Shown in pieces: positions 1 through 10,830 of a DNA stretch of 64,000 nucleotides. Position 1 is the first letter of the stretch, and each line of letters opens with the position of its first letter. The DNA comes from a virus. Taxonomy: Duplodnaviria; Caudoviricetes. The stretch spans positions 495-64,494 of IMG/VR virus record IMGVR_UViG_3300021403_000007; one strand, 5' to 3'. Both the position numbers and the translations under genes were made by a program. The notes beneath the pieces were generated by a model. It saw only the letters and a list, made by a program, of their open reading frames with translations. It did no database searches and was not told the origin of the DNA.

Positions 1-321
1 CAAGCGCAAGTTGACGCTGGCACGGACAACGCTAATCCGGTCACGTCGTTGACTTTGGCTCAATCAACTTCACTCGATACTCGCTATGTCAATTTGACAG
101 GCGATACGATGACCGGTCCACTCAACATTCCTGTTCAGCCAGCCGCTCCTAACGAAGCCACCAACAAACAATACGTTGATGAGGCGATTGCTGCCAGTGC
201 GCTTTATCAAGGGGTGTGGCATGTAGCAGCAAACCAACCTGATCTTACTCCTGGAGTTATGAACCCACTTAACGGTTGGTCGTGGATCGCACAGACGATT
301 GACCCAAATATTCCAGAAACA
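1..321. repeat. Terminal redundancy copy 1 (matches 63680-64000, about 96% identical)
   Basis: Direct codon-by-codon comparison: 13 mismatches in 321 nt. Confidence 0.95.
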
Positions 322-2307
322 GCGCCGGGTGGCTTGCCCGGCATTATTGGTTTGTTGATTGATAGCGGCGACCGTATTTTGTGGGATGCTGGAAACGGAA
401 TATATGATCTGGTTAAAGGTTCGTCACTTAGCATTCGAGAGGCGCGGGCAACTTTTGTTGAAGTTGCTGGTGACTCGATGAGTGGTGATTTAAGATTTAC
501 TGGTAATGCACAAATTTTGTTTCCTGACAGTTCTGGGGTGCAACGTTCGTCGCTCGGGCCGCTTACTTTACAAACAGGTAATGGCGGTGAACAGCCACAA
601 ATTTGTAATGTTTTTGGATTGAACGGTCGTGATATCATTGACACGGTTAATGGTGACGCACGTTATGTAAACATGACCGGTGATACCATGACAGGGTATC
701 TCACCCTAAATGCTGATCCAATTAATGCTATGCACGCAGCGACTAGAGATTATGTTGATAATCATCTTATTACTCTTGAAGCTTTGAAGGTGGATCGTGC
801 TGGCGACACCATGACTGGGCCGCTTTCTCTGCCGCCTGGTATGCCTACGACTGCTTTACAAGCTGCTCATAAAGTTTATGTTGATCAATCAATTACGACC
901 AATGCTTTATGGAAAGGTGTTTACCTTCCTTCTGTAAATTTTCCTGATCTTAATCCTGCGAGTATGAACCCGCAAGATGGTTGGACATGGTTTATTCAAA
1001 CTCAAAACCCAGATGTGCCAGAAATTATTCCGCCTAATGTTCCTGGTCTCTCGGGGATGTCAGTTGACTCCGGTTGGATTGTGTGGTGGAATGCGGGTGC
1101 TAGTCAATATAATTTGACTAGAGGACCGGGTTTATCTTATACGACAGCGCAAGCTGACTTCGTTAATAAGACTGGCGATACAATGGTTGGGGATTTAAAT
1201 TTTTCGGCTCTTGTGGGGCTTAATTTAGCTGGTGCAAAAATTGTCTCTAGTGGTCCTCAACTCTATATTCAAAGACCACCGGGAGATAGTCAACCACAGA
1301 TTTTGAACAATGCTGGTAATCAGGCGAGTGATATTATCGATGCTAGCGGTGGCGTGATGAATGGGGCATTGCGCTGGCCATCGAGTTTGTCTAATGCGCC
1401 CCCGAACACTACTGGTACGAGCACTGGTGAGAGACTTCGATTGTGGGATCAAGCTAATGCATCGGGGTTCGGAATAGGTATTGAAGGCGGCAATATGTGG
1501 TTCAACACCCAAGTCGCTGGTAATGGTTATAAATTTTATAATGGAGCAAACTTACAGTACACGCTTGGCTCTACTTTTACCTTTCCAGGTGGCCAATTCA
1601 ACGGTGATGTGAATGTGAATGGCAATCTTAATGTAATAGGCGCAAAATTGATAAATACTGGCGTCTTAGTTGCAAGTACGACACAAAATACACGAGGGGT
1701 AGAGCTTCAAGCAACCATTAACAGTGCTGGGGTCAATAGTCCTTGGCTTAGGGGGGTAGACAGCACTGTTAACGAAATGGGTCGGATGTGGTGGGATGGC
1801 CCTGGATGGAATGGCCGCTGGGAAGCCAGACTCCATTGGGGTATGAATATGGGCGGTTATGGCTGGTCTGAAAATGGACGATTTGAAACTTATGCATCTG
1901 GTGGTCAGCTTTATATCACTAATAGTATTTCTTGTCAATCGCTGACCCAGCGCAGTTCGCGTATGATTAAACATGATATTCGTGCAGTACAGCACGACGA
2001 AGTTAATGCAGCATGGGATGCAATTAAGCCAAAACGCTTTAGACTTAATAACCCGCCACCGCCTGTAGATGACCAAGGTGTACTTTTACGTAACCCAACA
2101 CCGTATCCTGCACCGCGATTGCGTTGGGGGTTTGTCGCTGAAGAAATTGCGGAGCAGGCAGTGCTTGAAGACTTGGTAACGTATGCTGCGCCAGGTACAC
2201 CTGATGCGGGAGTTGAGGGTTATGATCTTGCTCAATTGCTGGCGCTGACCATTGCTAAGGTAAAGTCACTGGAAATTGAGCTTGCTACTCTCAAGAGTAA
2301 ACAATGA
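1..2307 (+). CDS. Long tail fibre protein, C-terminal part, with YVNxTGDTMTG repeats and a C-terminal S74-like intramolecular chaperone domain
   Basis: Frame 1 is open from base 1 (the track start at 49 is an artefact of the cut). Repeated [16 protein letters not shown] fibre motifs; C-terminal [10 protein letters not shown]...WGFVAEE...coiled coil. Confidence 0.85.
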   Translation, partial: QAQVDAGTDNANPVTSLTLAQSTSLDTRYVNLTGDTMTGPLNIPVQPAAPNEATNKQYVDEAIAASALYQGVWHVAANQPDLTPGVMNPLNGWSWIAQTIDPNIPETAPGGLPGIIGLLIDSGDRILWDAGNGIYDLVKGSSLSIREARATFVEVAGDSMSGDLRFTGNAQILFPDSSGVQRSSLGPLTLQTGNGGEQPQICNVFGLNGRDIIDTVNGDARYVNMTGDTMTGYLTLNADPINAMHAATRDYVDNHLITLEALKVDRAGDTMTGPLSLPPGMPTTALQAAHKVYVDQSITTNALWKGVYLPSVNFPDLNPASMNPQDGWTWFIQTQNPDVPEIIPPNVPGLSGMSVDSGWIVWWNAGASQYNLTRGPGLSYTTAQADFVNKTGDTMVGDLNFSALVGLNLAGAKIVSSGPQLYIQRPPGDSQPQILNNAGNQASDIIDASGGVMNGALRWPSSLSNAPPNTTGTSTGERLRLWDQANASGFGIGIEGGNMWFNTQVAGNGYKFYNGANLQYTLGSTFTFPGGQFNGDVNVNGNLNVIGAKLINTGVLVASTTQNTRGVELQATINSAGVNSPWLRGVDSTVNEMGRMWWDGPGWNGRWEARLHWGMNMGGYGWSENGRFETYASGGQLYITNSISCQSLTQRSSRMIKHDIRAVQHDEVNAAWDAIKPKRFRLNNPPPPVDDQGVLLRNPTPYPAPRLRWGFVAEEIAEQAVLEDLVTYAAPGTPDAGVEGYDLAQLLALTIAKVKSLEIELATLKSKQ

Positions 2308-2747
2308 CACAAGCTTTTGACGTAGCAGTTCACGTTCCCACCGCTGTTCCGGTGGTAGGGGATATTATTGAAGTTGTGCAACCTGTCCCGTACAGAACAA
2401 ACTGGGTTACGCCCCCACCTGGGCTTCAGGGACCAATTGGACCTATTGGCCCACAGGGTATACCGGGACCATTAGGGCCAGTAGGACCAGAAGGCCCCCA
2501 GGGTTTACAAGGGTTTCCTGGGCCACAAGGTCCACAAGGTAATGCAGGGTTTATGGGGCCAATGGGACCACCAGGAGGACTTGGGGAGGCTCCCATCAAT
2601 GGTCAAGTATATGGTCGTCAGGATGGATTATGGGTAGTTGTAACTGCTGGTCCTGGTGGCGGTATTCCTGATGCACCGATTAATGGAACCTCGTATGTAC
2701 GACTTAACGCAACATGGTCAAACGTAATCGACGCTGGAGCTTTTTAA
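2304..2747 (+). CDS. Collagen-like fibre/connector protein
   Basis: Gly-X-Y run; two (D/E)APINGxxYxR motifs; C-terminal IDAGAF. Confidence 0.8.
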   Translation: MTQAFDVAVHVPTAVPVVGDIIEVVQPVPYRTNWVTPPPGLQGPIGPIGPQGIPGPLGPVGPEGPQGLQGFPGPQGPQGNAGFMGPMGPPGGLGEAPINGQVYGRQDGLWVVVTAGPGGGIPDAPINGTSYVRLNATWSNVIDAGAF

Positions 2748-2765
2748 CTCTTGGAGTAAGTATTC

Positions 2766-3698
2766 ATGCCTAATATTATACGCATACTCCGCTCCGCTGT
2801 CGCTGGCAATCGTCCTGCCGTATCGGCTGGCGAACCGTATATTAATTTTGCTGATATGCAGTTTGGGGTACACAATGTTGCACCGGTTGATTTGCTCGCC
2901 GTTCGGTTTTGGGTTAGTACTGCGACTTACGCGATCAACGATGTGGTACTTAGTGCGGGCGCTCTTTATGTCGCTATTGCGACGAATACCAATTCTCCAC
3001 CTCCCAGTGTTAACTGGACACCGGTCGTTGGAGCGGCAACTGGTGTTGACAGTTTTAATGGTCGCACTGGTGCTGTTGTTCTTACGCTTGGTGACGTAAC
3101 AACTGCCTTCCCTGCCGGTGTTACTCCACCGTTGATGAACAGTGCGGCAGCGGTGGGTATTGCGAATGCATGGGCACGCGAGGATCATGTTCATCCGAGT
3201 GATACGTCGCGACTAGCGTTAACTGGTGGCACGATGACAGGGCCGCTGGTTACAGCAGTGCCACCGACAGCGCTTGACGCTGTAAATAAAGCCTATGTTG
3301 ACACAGCAGTTGGCAATCTTCAGTTATTCTTGGGGACATGGCAAGTTGCAACAGATACACCTTCTATTATGGGTGGTGGCGCAAATTCTGGTGATTATTA
3401 TATCGCTGTTACTGCTAACCCAACTGTTCCCGAAAACGCACCCGCTGGTATTCCTGGCATTGGCGGCACCTCAGTAGGTAATGGTGACTTAGTAATATGG
3501 AATGGTACAATATGGCAACAAGTAATTGGTTCTGGTCTTGTTAAAGCAGAAGCTGATCAGTTGTATGTTTCGTTAACTGGTAGCACTATGACTGGGCCGC
3601 TAACTCTGAACGCAACTCCTACAGCACTGAGTAACAATCTTGTGGCTGCAACTACAGCTTACGTTGATAATGCGATCATCGACGCTGGAGCTTATTAA
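2766..3698 (+). CDS. Tail fibre-like protein (Mtd_N-like N-terminus)
   Basis: IRILRS..RP...GEPYINFAD N-terminus; SFNGRTGAV, AREDHVHP and GGTMTGPL motifs; ends IDAGAY. Confidence 0.8.
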   Translation: MPNIIRILRSAVAGNRPAVSAGEPYINFADMQFGVHNVAPVDLLAVRFWVSTATYAINDVVLSAGALYVAIATNTNSPPPSVNWTPVVGAATGVDSFNGRTGAVVLTLGDVTTAFPAGVTPPLMNSAAAVGIANAWAREDHVHPSDTSRLALTGGTMTGPLVTAVPPTALDAVNKAYVDTAVGNLQLFLGTWQVATDTPSIMGGGANSGDYYIAVTANPTVPENAPAGIPGIGGTSVGNGDLVIWNGTIWQQVIGSGLVKAEADQLYVSLTGSTMTGPLTLNATPTALSNNLVAATTAYVDNAIIDAGAY

Positions 3699-4898
3699 GT
3701 GGTCAATATTATACGAAATCTTCATAGTGCATCACCGGGTGTTCGCCCTGTTGGTAAATCATTGGGTGAGATTTACACGAACCTAGCTGACATGCAGTTA
3801 GGTGTTGTTAACAACACAAACACTGCTATTGATTTGATTGCAGTAAGATTTTTTAGTACATTGGCAAGTTATTTCACTGGGGATTGTGTTCTTTACAATG
3901 GGAAAATTTATATCGCCAATGGTAATTTTGGACCGGGACCATTTAACTTACTTGACTGGAACGTTGTCACAATCGCAACGGACCTCAACCTTTATATGCC
4001 TCTTACGGGGGGCACGTTCACCGGCGTTGTTATATTTCCTGCTAACAACAGTGTGGTGATTAACGGAGCAGCGGCAACCCAGCGAGCGCTTCTAGCTCAG
4101 ACTGCTGGCGTTAACCGCTGGCAATTACAGTTTGCTGACTTCACCGCTGAAACCGGTGCTAACTCTGGGAGTAATTTTGTCCTTACGCCTTGCAACGATG
4201 CAGGCAACCTTCTCCCTGCCGCTCTTAGAATTAATCGTGCTACTGGGGTTACTGACTTCGCAGTCACTCCCACTGTTGCAGGTGTGCCTATTGGTGGGGG
4301 TGGTGGTGCAACTGTTAGTGATACGGCTCCTACTAATCCATCAGAAGGAGATTTATGGTGGGATAGTGTTGGCGCACAAATGTATGTTTGGTACGTAGAC
4401 CCCACTACTTCTCAGTGGGTGCCAGTAATTAGTAGCACTGGACCTCCAGGACCAGTTGGGCCAGCAGGGCCAATAGGGCCACAAGGGCCAGTAGGTCCAC
4501 AAGGACCGTCAGGGACGCCCGGTGTTGGCACATATCTTCAAACCCAGCCTGCGACCACCGCGGGAATCAACCTTGTTTCAGGCTCCCTTGTGGACATCTT
4601 GTCGCTCAATTTGGGAACCGGCGTTTGGTTTGTCACTGCACAAATGCCGATCTATGGCACGACCACTAGCTCAGCCACTTTCCGGCTTTGGGACCACGGT
4701 GCAAACACCATCGGTGCGGGGATTACTTTTATCACCGCCGCTGCTGCTCGCAACTATGTAACGGTTTGCGGATTCGCCGTTAATCTGCCGACCGTCTGGA
4801 TCGGGGTGCAGGCGAATAACGCGAACATGTCCATAAACCCCGGCGTATCGAATTTTGGCACAATCGATGTGCAGATGACCGCTTTTAGGATCGCATGA
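3699..4898 (+). CDS. Tail fibre-like protein with collagen segment
   Basis: Paralogous N-terminus to 2766; GDLWWDS..SQWV module; Gly-X-Y repeat. Confidence 0.8.
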   Translation: MVNIIRNLHSASPGVRPVGKSLGEIYTNLADMQLGVVNNTNTAIDLIAVRFFSTLASYFTGDCVLYNGKIYIANGNFGPGPFNLLDWNVVTIATDLNLYMPLTGGTFTGVVIFPANNSVVINGAAATQRALLAQTAGVNRWQLQFADFTAETGANSGSNFVLTPCNDAGNLLPAALRINRATGVTDFAVTPTVAGVPIGGGGGATVSDTAPTNPSEGDLWWDSVGAQMYVWYVDPTTSQWVPVISSTGPPGPVGPAGPIGPQGPVGPQGPSGTPGVGTYLQTQPATTAGINLVSGSLVDILSLNLGTGVWFVTAQMPIYGTTTSSATFRLWDHGANTIGAGITFITAAAARNYVTVCGFAVNLPTVWIGVQANNANMSINPGVSNFGTIDVQMTAFRIA

Positions 4899-5977
4899 TA
4901 GACTTTCCCGCCAATCCAACTATAGGCCAGCAGTTTACTGCTGTTGGAATTACTTGGACCTGGGATGGGGTTAAATGGACATTTGGTACTAGCGGTAGTG
5001 GTGATAAAATCGATATTGCGTTGTTCGGTGATGGCTCGGACAATGCAGCGACGATCTCCATTCCGACCACGTTGACCCGTGACATGTACTATTCCAACCT
5101 CACGATCAGCCCTGGGGGTGCGCTGGTTTGTAACGGTTGGCGCGTTTTCGTTTCTGGTATTCTCGATATTTCGGCGGCTGGGGCGGGCGCAATTACCGCT
5201 TGCACTGTTCCCGCTGTGTCCAGTACGAGCGGCGTCAACAATTCAATGGGTGGCTGGGGCGCTGCCAGTGGCTTGTCCGGCTCTGGGAGTGTGTTGGGCT
5301 CCTCGCCGACCGTTCCGACAACTGTCGCGATTGTCGGCGGCGCAGGCGCGGCGGGTGGGGCGGGCGGTTCTAGTGCTGGCGTTCTTGGCGGTGGCAATGC
5401 CGGAGCGGTAGCGGCAAGTGGTTATACTATTGCTCGTCAGCGTGTTCTGACAACTTCGCTTGGCGGGTATCCCGGTAAAACCTATGCTGGTGGTGTTCCT
5501 GGCTCTGGAGGTGGTGGAGGCACCGGCTCTGGTGCGGGGACTGGGTGGGCAGGTGGTGGTGGTGCTGGCTGGCTTGCTCTATTCGCACGCACCATTAACC
5601 GTGGTGCTTCGACAGCGGTGGGCGCGATCAACGCGGCGGGCGGCAACGGTGGCAACGGGGTTGCTGGTACGACTGCGCCGTCTGGTGGCGGTGGCGGCGG
5701 CGGTGGCGGTGGCGGTGGCTGGGCCAACATTGTTTTTCGTTTTCTGACCGGGGCGGTGGCAACCAACGCGATCAATGCCTCGGGCGGCAATGGTGGCAAT
5801 GGCGGTCCAGGCGCGGGCGTCGGCGGTGCAGGCGCTGGCGGTGGTGGTGGCTGGGCTGGCTATGTGACGCTCTACAACGTTGCCACTGATACGGTGACGA
5901 ACTTTGGAGGGACGGGGCCGGGACTGATTAGCGGTGCAACCGGTGGACCGGGTGGTGCTGCGTTGGTGACATTATGA
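4895..5977 (+). CDS. Glycine-rich fibre/spike protein
   Basis: [23 protein letters not shown]-terminal module; FGDGSD motif; poly-Gly repeats. Confidence 0.8.
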   Translation: MIDFPANPTIGQQFTAVGITWTWDGVKWTFGTSGSGDKIDIALFGDGSDNAATISIPTTLTRDMYYSNLTISPGGALVCNGWRVFVSGILDISAAGAGAITACTVPAVSSTSGVNNSMGGWGAASGLSGSGSVLGSSPTVPTTVAIVGGAGAAGGAGGSSAGVLGGGNAGAVAASGYTIARQRVLTTSLGGYPGKTYAGGVPGSGGGGGTGSGAGTGWAGGGGAGWLALFARTINRGASTAVGAINAAGGNGGNGVAGTTAPSGGGGGGGGGGGGWANIVFRFLTGAVATNAINASGGNGGNGGPGAGVGGAGAGGGGGWAGYVTLYNVATDTVTNFGGTGPGLISGATGGPGGAALVTL

Positions 5978-7230
5978 TCACGATCACTGATATTCACGGT
6001 CGAGATATTGATATCGATATCAATGTTAACGGCGATGATATTTATACTCTTGCGGGTATTGTTTTGGTCGTTCCAACTGGAACGCCACAAGATGTTGCAG
6101 TGAACACGATTGAGGCAATGGCTCCGTGGGATTATGTAGCACCATTACCGCCAACGACATCGGTTCCTGTTGGTGCCGGTAATCTGAATTACATTATCAA
6201 CGGTGATATGTCAATTGATCAGCGTTTTAATGGCGGTCCTAACACAATTGCCAATCCGCCTACGGGCGCATATTATTATACTTTAGACAGGTGGTCGTAT
6301 TCCGCTGCCCCAGGCAGTACTCTGTCTCAAACAATGAGTCGCTATTTAACGAGTACTTTTTTAACGCCGCCACCCCCAGGATTCCCTTATTGTTTGCGCT
6401 ATCTACGCAATGCCAATTATTCTCCGCCTGGTAATCATGCCGTTTATCTCAGTCAAGGAATTGAGGGTGATTTAATTTCTGATCTTCTCTGGGGTACGTC
6501 AGATGCGAAACCTGTAACATTGTCCTTCTGGGTTTACTGTAGTGTTGCCGGCCTTCATGGCGGATCTATTAAGAATCCTAATACTGTTGGTGGACGTGGA
6601 TATCCTTTCAGTTACACGGTTCCAGTTGCTAATCAATGGTCGTTTCAAATTATTCAAATTCCAGGCGATGCTACCGTTGGTGCGTGGCCAATTGGTAATG
6701 GATTAAGTATACAGCTTAACTTTGCTCTCAGTGTTGGTGGCGTTTATGCTGCTACTCCTGGTGTATGGGGACCAGGAGCAAATATTTTTGGTTCAGTTGG
6801 ACAAGTTGGTTTAAACGGTATCAATAATACTTTTGCGATTACAGGAGTAAAATTAGAGGTTGGCAATGTTGCAACGCCATTCCAGTCAGAAACGCCAGCA
6901 AAAAAACTGGCAGATTGCCAACGGTATTTTCAGATTATTGGTGCGCCAGGGACACCAAACCGTGGTTCACTTGGCGCTTCAAGCTATTCAAATTCGACTA
7001 CTTTTGTTAATTACGCTGGAGTGTCATACCGTACTTTGATGCGGGCGCTTCCCACGGTGACGCTATCAAATCTGACTCAGCAGCAAGTGACTAGTATGCA
7101 AATAGGCACTATTGGTAATACAGCATGCGTGGCTCAATGGCTAAATAGTCTTACTACATCAGGGGGTCAGCTTTTCTACACGTTAAACCTTGATGCAGAA
7201 CTCCTCGGACCTAGTGCTGGTTTCCCATAA
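5974..7230 (+). CDS. Putative receptor-binding/carbohydrate-binding fibre protein
   Basis: NYIINGDMSIDQR, VTLSFWV and GVKLEVGNVATPF..CQRYF motifs typical of phage fibre heads. Confidence 0.75.
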   Translation: MITITDIHGRDIDIDINVNGDDIYTLAGIVLVVPTGTPQDVAVNTIEAMAPWDYVAPLPPTTSVPVGAGNLNYIINGDMSIDQRFNGGPNTIANPPTGAYYYTLDRWSYSAAPGSTLSQTMSRYLTSTFLTPPPPGFPYCLRYLRNANYSPPGNHAVYLSQGIEGDLISDLLWGTSDAKPVTLSFWVYCSVAGLHGGSIKNPNTVGGRGYPFSYTVPVANQWSFQIIQIPGDATVGAWPIGNGLSIQLNFALSVGGVYAATPGVWGPGANIFGSVGQVGLNGINNTFAITGVKLEVGNVATPFQSETPAKKLADCQRYFQIIGAPGTPNRGSLGASSYSNSTTFVNYAGVSYRTLMRALPTVTLSNLTQQQVTSMQIGTIGNTACVAQWLNSLTTSGGQLFYTLNLDAELLGPSAGFP

Positions 7231-7231
7231 C

Positions 7232-7546
7232 ATGACTTACACACTCACCAACGACCCAGGAATTATAGTTCGCGATGAAGATGGCGCGTTTATTCCTATG
7301 GACCCATCGAACGTAGACTATCAGGTTTATCTGGCGTGGGTTGAAGAAGGGAACGAACCGAACCCAGCACCTGGCATACCAACGCCACCAATAGAAGATG
7401 TCACACCCACCATAGAAGAGCTTGCTGAAGCCACCGCTGATCAGGAACAACGCATCCAAGTGCTTGAAAACCAAATGGCAACGTTTCAAGCCGAGTTGAA
7501 ACAAATATCGGAACGACTTACTCCGAGAGTTAAAGGGGCTAAATAG
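7232..7546 (+). CDS. Tail fibre assembly chaperone-like protein
   Basis: IPMDPSNVDYQVYLAWVEEGNEP motif plus coiled coil; ATG at 7232 directly after the upstream stop. Confidence 0.65.
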   Translation: MTYTLTNDPGIIVRDEDGAFIPMDPSNVDYQVYLAWVEEGNEPNPAPGIPTPPIEDVTPTIEELAEATADQEQRIQVLENQMATFQAELKQISERLTPRVKGAK

Positions 7547-7548
7547 CC

Positions 7549-9324
7549 ATGACATCAAGAGTTCAAACCCTTCGTTCTGCCGTACCGCTGGTGCGACCTA
7601 CGGGGCGTCAACCGGGAGAGTTATACGTTAATTACCCTGATAACCAATTGGGTGTTATTAACGTTTCTGCTGCTCCAATTGATTTGATTGCAATAAGATT
7701 TTTTAGTCCTTTAACAAGTTACAATATTGGTGATTTCGTTGTTTATAGTGGAGATATATGGCACGCTCTTGCACCTTCTCCACCTGGCCCCTTTATTACT
7801 GCAAATTGGGCAACGGTAACTGGTACTGGTGGTACAGGCGGTGGTGGAGGTGTAGGTATACCTGATGCTCCGTTTGATGGTCGATTGTATGGTCGGCAAA
7901 GTGGAGTATGGTTGGCTGTTCCAACTGATTATTTACTCTTGAGCGGCGGGACTTTATCAGGGCCGTTGGTACTCGCCGCTGATCCGACTCTTCCTCTTGG
8001 TGCTGTTACCAAACAATATGTAGACGCTAATTCTAGCACCGGTGGCCCTTTTCTTCCGTTAGCTGGTGGTACTTTAACAGGGCCACTTGCTCTTAATGCT
8101 GACCCAACAACCAATCTTCAAGCTGCTACAAAACAATATGTAGATGCACATTCTGGCACAGGTGGAGGTGCTGGTTATCTTCCGTTAACCGGTGGCACTC
8201 TAACAGGACCGCTCACCCTTGCCGCTGATCCAACTGTTCCTCTTGGCACTGCTACAAAAGAATATGTTGATAATAGTATTACGGCAGCAATTGCTGGTAT
8301 TAGTGGCGGGGTTGCGTCTAATACTAATTATGTTGTTAACGGGGATATGATACTAGATCAACGTAATAATCCTGCATCGATTACAGTTACTGGTGGATTA
8401 TATTATCCGGCTGATTTTTGGACCTCAGCCAATCTTCAATTGAGAGCAGGGACTTTACAACGAGTTACTATTACTTTGCCTACTGATCCTTTTTTTGTTG
8501 CTAGTAACTTGTCTAATTATCTTATGTTTACGCCGACTCAACTTACATCAATACTCAGTTCTGATTATACTTATTTCCAAGTAGCACTTCCTCTTAACAG
8601 TATGGCCGCAGCTTTGGCTGGCACGCCAAATGCAAAACCGTTAACATTGTCATTTTGGGTTAGATGTGCTACTTTAACTGGGACATTTAGTGGGTCATTA
8701 GTTTTCATTGGTGCCGGGGCACGGTCATATCCGTTCACTTATACTATTCCAACAGCTAACTTATGGACAAAGATTACAATCCCAATACCAGGCGATACGA
8801 ATTCTCAAGTGTGGTCTCTTAATCATATGTCTGTTTATTTTGATATGGGTTGTGGGTCGTTGTTTCGTACGACTGCTAATGCTTGGGTTAATGGTGAATT
8901 TTTCGGTGTTACTGGATCAGCGACCCCTTGTACAACTCCTAGTAGAAGTTTTTCTGTTGGTGGGGTTAAACTAGAAATTGGTAATGTTGCAACACCTTTT
9001 ATTCCTTCGAACCCTAGTGCGGTATTGGCGGCTGCACAAAAATACTATCAGAGTTATAGTAACTTGTCAGTTAGTGGTGCTGTTATGGGTATTGGTTCGA
9101 GTGGTTATGTTATGAATAATTCATTTACATTTCCAGAAATGGCAGGCGTTCCAACAATTACTGTGTCACAGGGTAGTATTGCCAATACGAACGCAGGGAT
9201 AGCATCAATAGTGTCGGGTTCAATTACACCCAATTCGTTTCAAGCACAGGCTTCTACCAATGTCGCTACGCCACCTGGAACGTGTGTTAGTAATTTTAAT
9301 GCTGTTCTGTCGGTGTTAACTTAA
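7549..9324 (+). CDS. Tail fibre protein (Mtd_N-like N-terminus, three LPLxGGTLTGPL repeats, carbohydrate-binding-like head)
   Basis: Tandem ~40-aa repeats; head paralogous to 5974-7230. Confidence 0.8.
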   Translation: MTSRVQTLRSAVPLVRPTGRQPGELYVNYPDNQLGVINVSAAPIDLIAIRFFSPLTSYNIGDFVVYSGDIWHALAPSPPGPFITANWATVTGTGGTGGGGGVGIPDAPFDGRLYGRQSGVWLAVPTDYLLLSGGTLSGPLVLAADPTLPLGAVTKQYVDANSSTGGPFLPLAGGTLTGPLALNADPTTNLQAATKQYVDAHSGTGGGAGYLPLTGGTLTGPLTLAADPTVPLGTATKEYVDNSITAAIAGISGGVASNTNYVVNGDMILDQRNNPASITVTGGLYYPADFWTSANLQLRAGTLQRVTITLPTDPFFVASNLSNYLMFTPTQLTSILSSDYTYFQVALPLNSMAAALAGTPNAKPLTLSFWVRCATLTGTFSGSLVFIGAGARSYPFTYTIPTANLWTKITIPIPGDTNSQVWSLNHMSVYFDMGCGSLFRTTANAWVNGEFFGVTGSATPCTTPSRSFSVGGVKLEIGNVATPFIPSNPSAVLAAAQKYYQSYSNLSVSGAVMGIGSSGYVMNNSFTFPEMAGVPTITVSQGSIANTNAGIASIVSGSITPNSFQAQASTNVATPPGTCVSNFNAVLSVLT

Positions 9325-9339
9325 CTCTGGGAGTAAACA

Positions 9340-10539
9340 ATGCTTGACTTCCCTGCTAGTCCGACAGTTGGGCAACAGTTCACTGCCGGAGGTGTAACGT
9401 GGACTTGGGACGGAGCTAAATGGACAGGCAGTGGTGGGGGTGGTACAGGGGGTGGTGGTATCCCCGATGCTCCTTCCAACGGTCAACTCTATGGTCGCAT
9501 GAATGCAACATGGTCAGTTGTCCCGACTTCAAGTGGTGGCTTACCTGATGCACCGTTAGACGGTCAGACATATGGTCGTAATAATGCGGCATGGGTGGTT
9601 GTTCCTACCACTGGTAGCGGCGGAACAACGATCCCAAATCCGTTACAGGTTAATGGGGCTGGGGCATCTGGTTATACAGGCACCCATGTTGCTTCTGCTG
9701 CTGATTTGTTTCTTAATAAGACTGCTTCAGGTAATCAATCGACTGTTAGTGGTACAACAAATGGTTCACTTCGCTGGCAACTTGTTTTGGGTAATGAGAG
9801 CCCAGAAGGTTCTGGTGACAGTGGTTCGGGTTTCGATCTTGTTTCATTTACTAACAGTGGCGCTCAAAAGGGAATACCGTTACAAGTTGATCGTGCGACT
9901 AATGCAACTGTAATTAATGGTATTGGAGCTACAACTCCTATTGGGGGGTTTTCGGCAACAGGTGCAAACCTTATTATTAATAAACCGGGATCGGGCCATT
10001 TAGGACAACTTAATTATATGAACAATGGTTCGTTCAGATGGCAGATTGGTAGTAATGCCACCGCTGAAAGTGGTAGTAATAACGGATCGGGATTTTTTAT
10101 ACAACGGTTTAGCGATAGTGGTTCAGCACTCGGTTTGCCTTTACAGATTGACCGGCCTACTGGCACATGCACGTTTGCTGTTGCCATTGTTAACGGTGCT
10201 TCGGATGCCAGACTAAAAGAAAACGTTAAACCCTTAGAAGGTTCACTTGACAAGGTTTTGGCACTTCAAGGTGTATCGTTTAACCTTATAGCGACACCTG
10301 ATAAGCCAGAGATCGGACTAATCGCTCAGGACGTTCAACCAATCGTGCCTGAAATTATTCAGGCATACGACGCAACTGGGCCGGATCACCATCAATCTGA
10401 GTCAATGCTGGCACTGGATTACCCCAAGCTAACTGCGCTTCTGATTGAGGCAGTGAAAACCCTAACCGCTAGAGTAGCAACACTTGAAACTGCCCTAGGA
10501 AGTGGCACATTTACGTTTACTCCGGGAGTACGACAATGA
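9340..10539 (+). CDS. Tail fibre/spike protein with C-terminal peptidase S74 chaperone domain
   Basis: SDARLKENV...GLIAQDVQPIVPE...DYPKLTALLIEAVK motif. Confidence 0.85.
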   Translation: MLDFPASPTVGQQFTAGGVTWTWDGAKWTGSGGGGTGGGGIPDAPSNGQLYGRMNATWSVVPTSSGGLPDAPLDGQTYGRNNAAWVVVPTTGSGGTTIPNPLQVNGAGASGYTGTHVASAADLFLNKTASGNQSTVSGTTNGSLRWQLVLGNESPEGSGDSGSGFDLVSFTNSGAQKGIPLQVDRATNATVINGIGATTPIGGFSATGANLIINKPGSGHLGQLNYMNNGSFRWQIGSNATAESGSNNGSGFFIQRFSDSGSALGLPLQIDRPTGTCTFAVAIVNGASDARLKENVKPLEGSLDKVLALQGVSFNLIATPDKPEIGLIAQDVQPIVPEIIQAYDATGPDHHQSESMLALDYPKLTALLIEAVKTLTARVATLETALGSGTFTFTPGVRQ

Positions 10540-10829
10540 GCAACGGTAAACATAACCCTCTGCTTGACCCTAAAACTGGGCATACGGTTTATGCCCCTGA
10601 AGGGCTACCGCAACAAGACGTGCTTGGGGTTGCACCACAACCTCATATGGCTGAACCCGCAAAGCCAGATCACATGATGACAGACATTACTCATGATGAA
10701 ATGGCAGCGGGGAAGCGAGCATCAGATTATTATTCGCAAAGACGTCAAGCTGAACTCGACTATGGGAGTAACTTCGCACTACGACGTATCGAACGTATCA
10801 AAGAACATCATCTGACGCACAAGAAGTAA
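10536..10829 (+). CDS. Hypothetical protein
   Basis: ATGA overlap with the upstream gene; fills the gap in the operon. Confidence 0.7.
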   Translation: MSNGKHNPLLDPKTGHTVYAPEGLPQQDVLGVAPQPHMAEPAKPDHMMTDITHDEMAAGKRASDYYSQRRQAELDYGSNFALRRIERIKEHHLTHKK

Positions 10830-10830
10830 A

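Noticed and set aside
2420-2580. Gly-X-Y collagen repeats as a novelty
   Set aside because: Common in phage fibre proteins.
1-10539. Diversity-generating retroelement acting on fibre genes
   Set aside because: No reverse transcriptase ORF. The only near-identical repeat pair differs at synonymous positions of all base types, not specifically at adenines.
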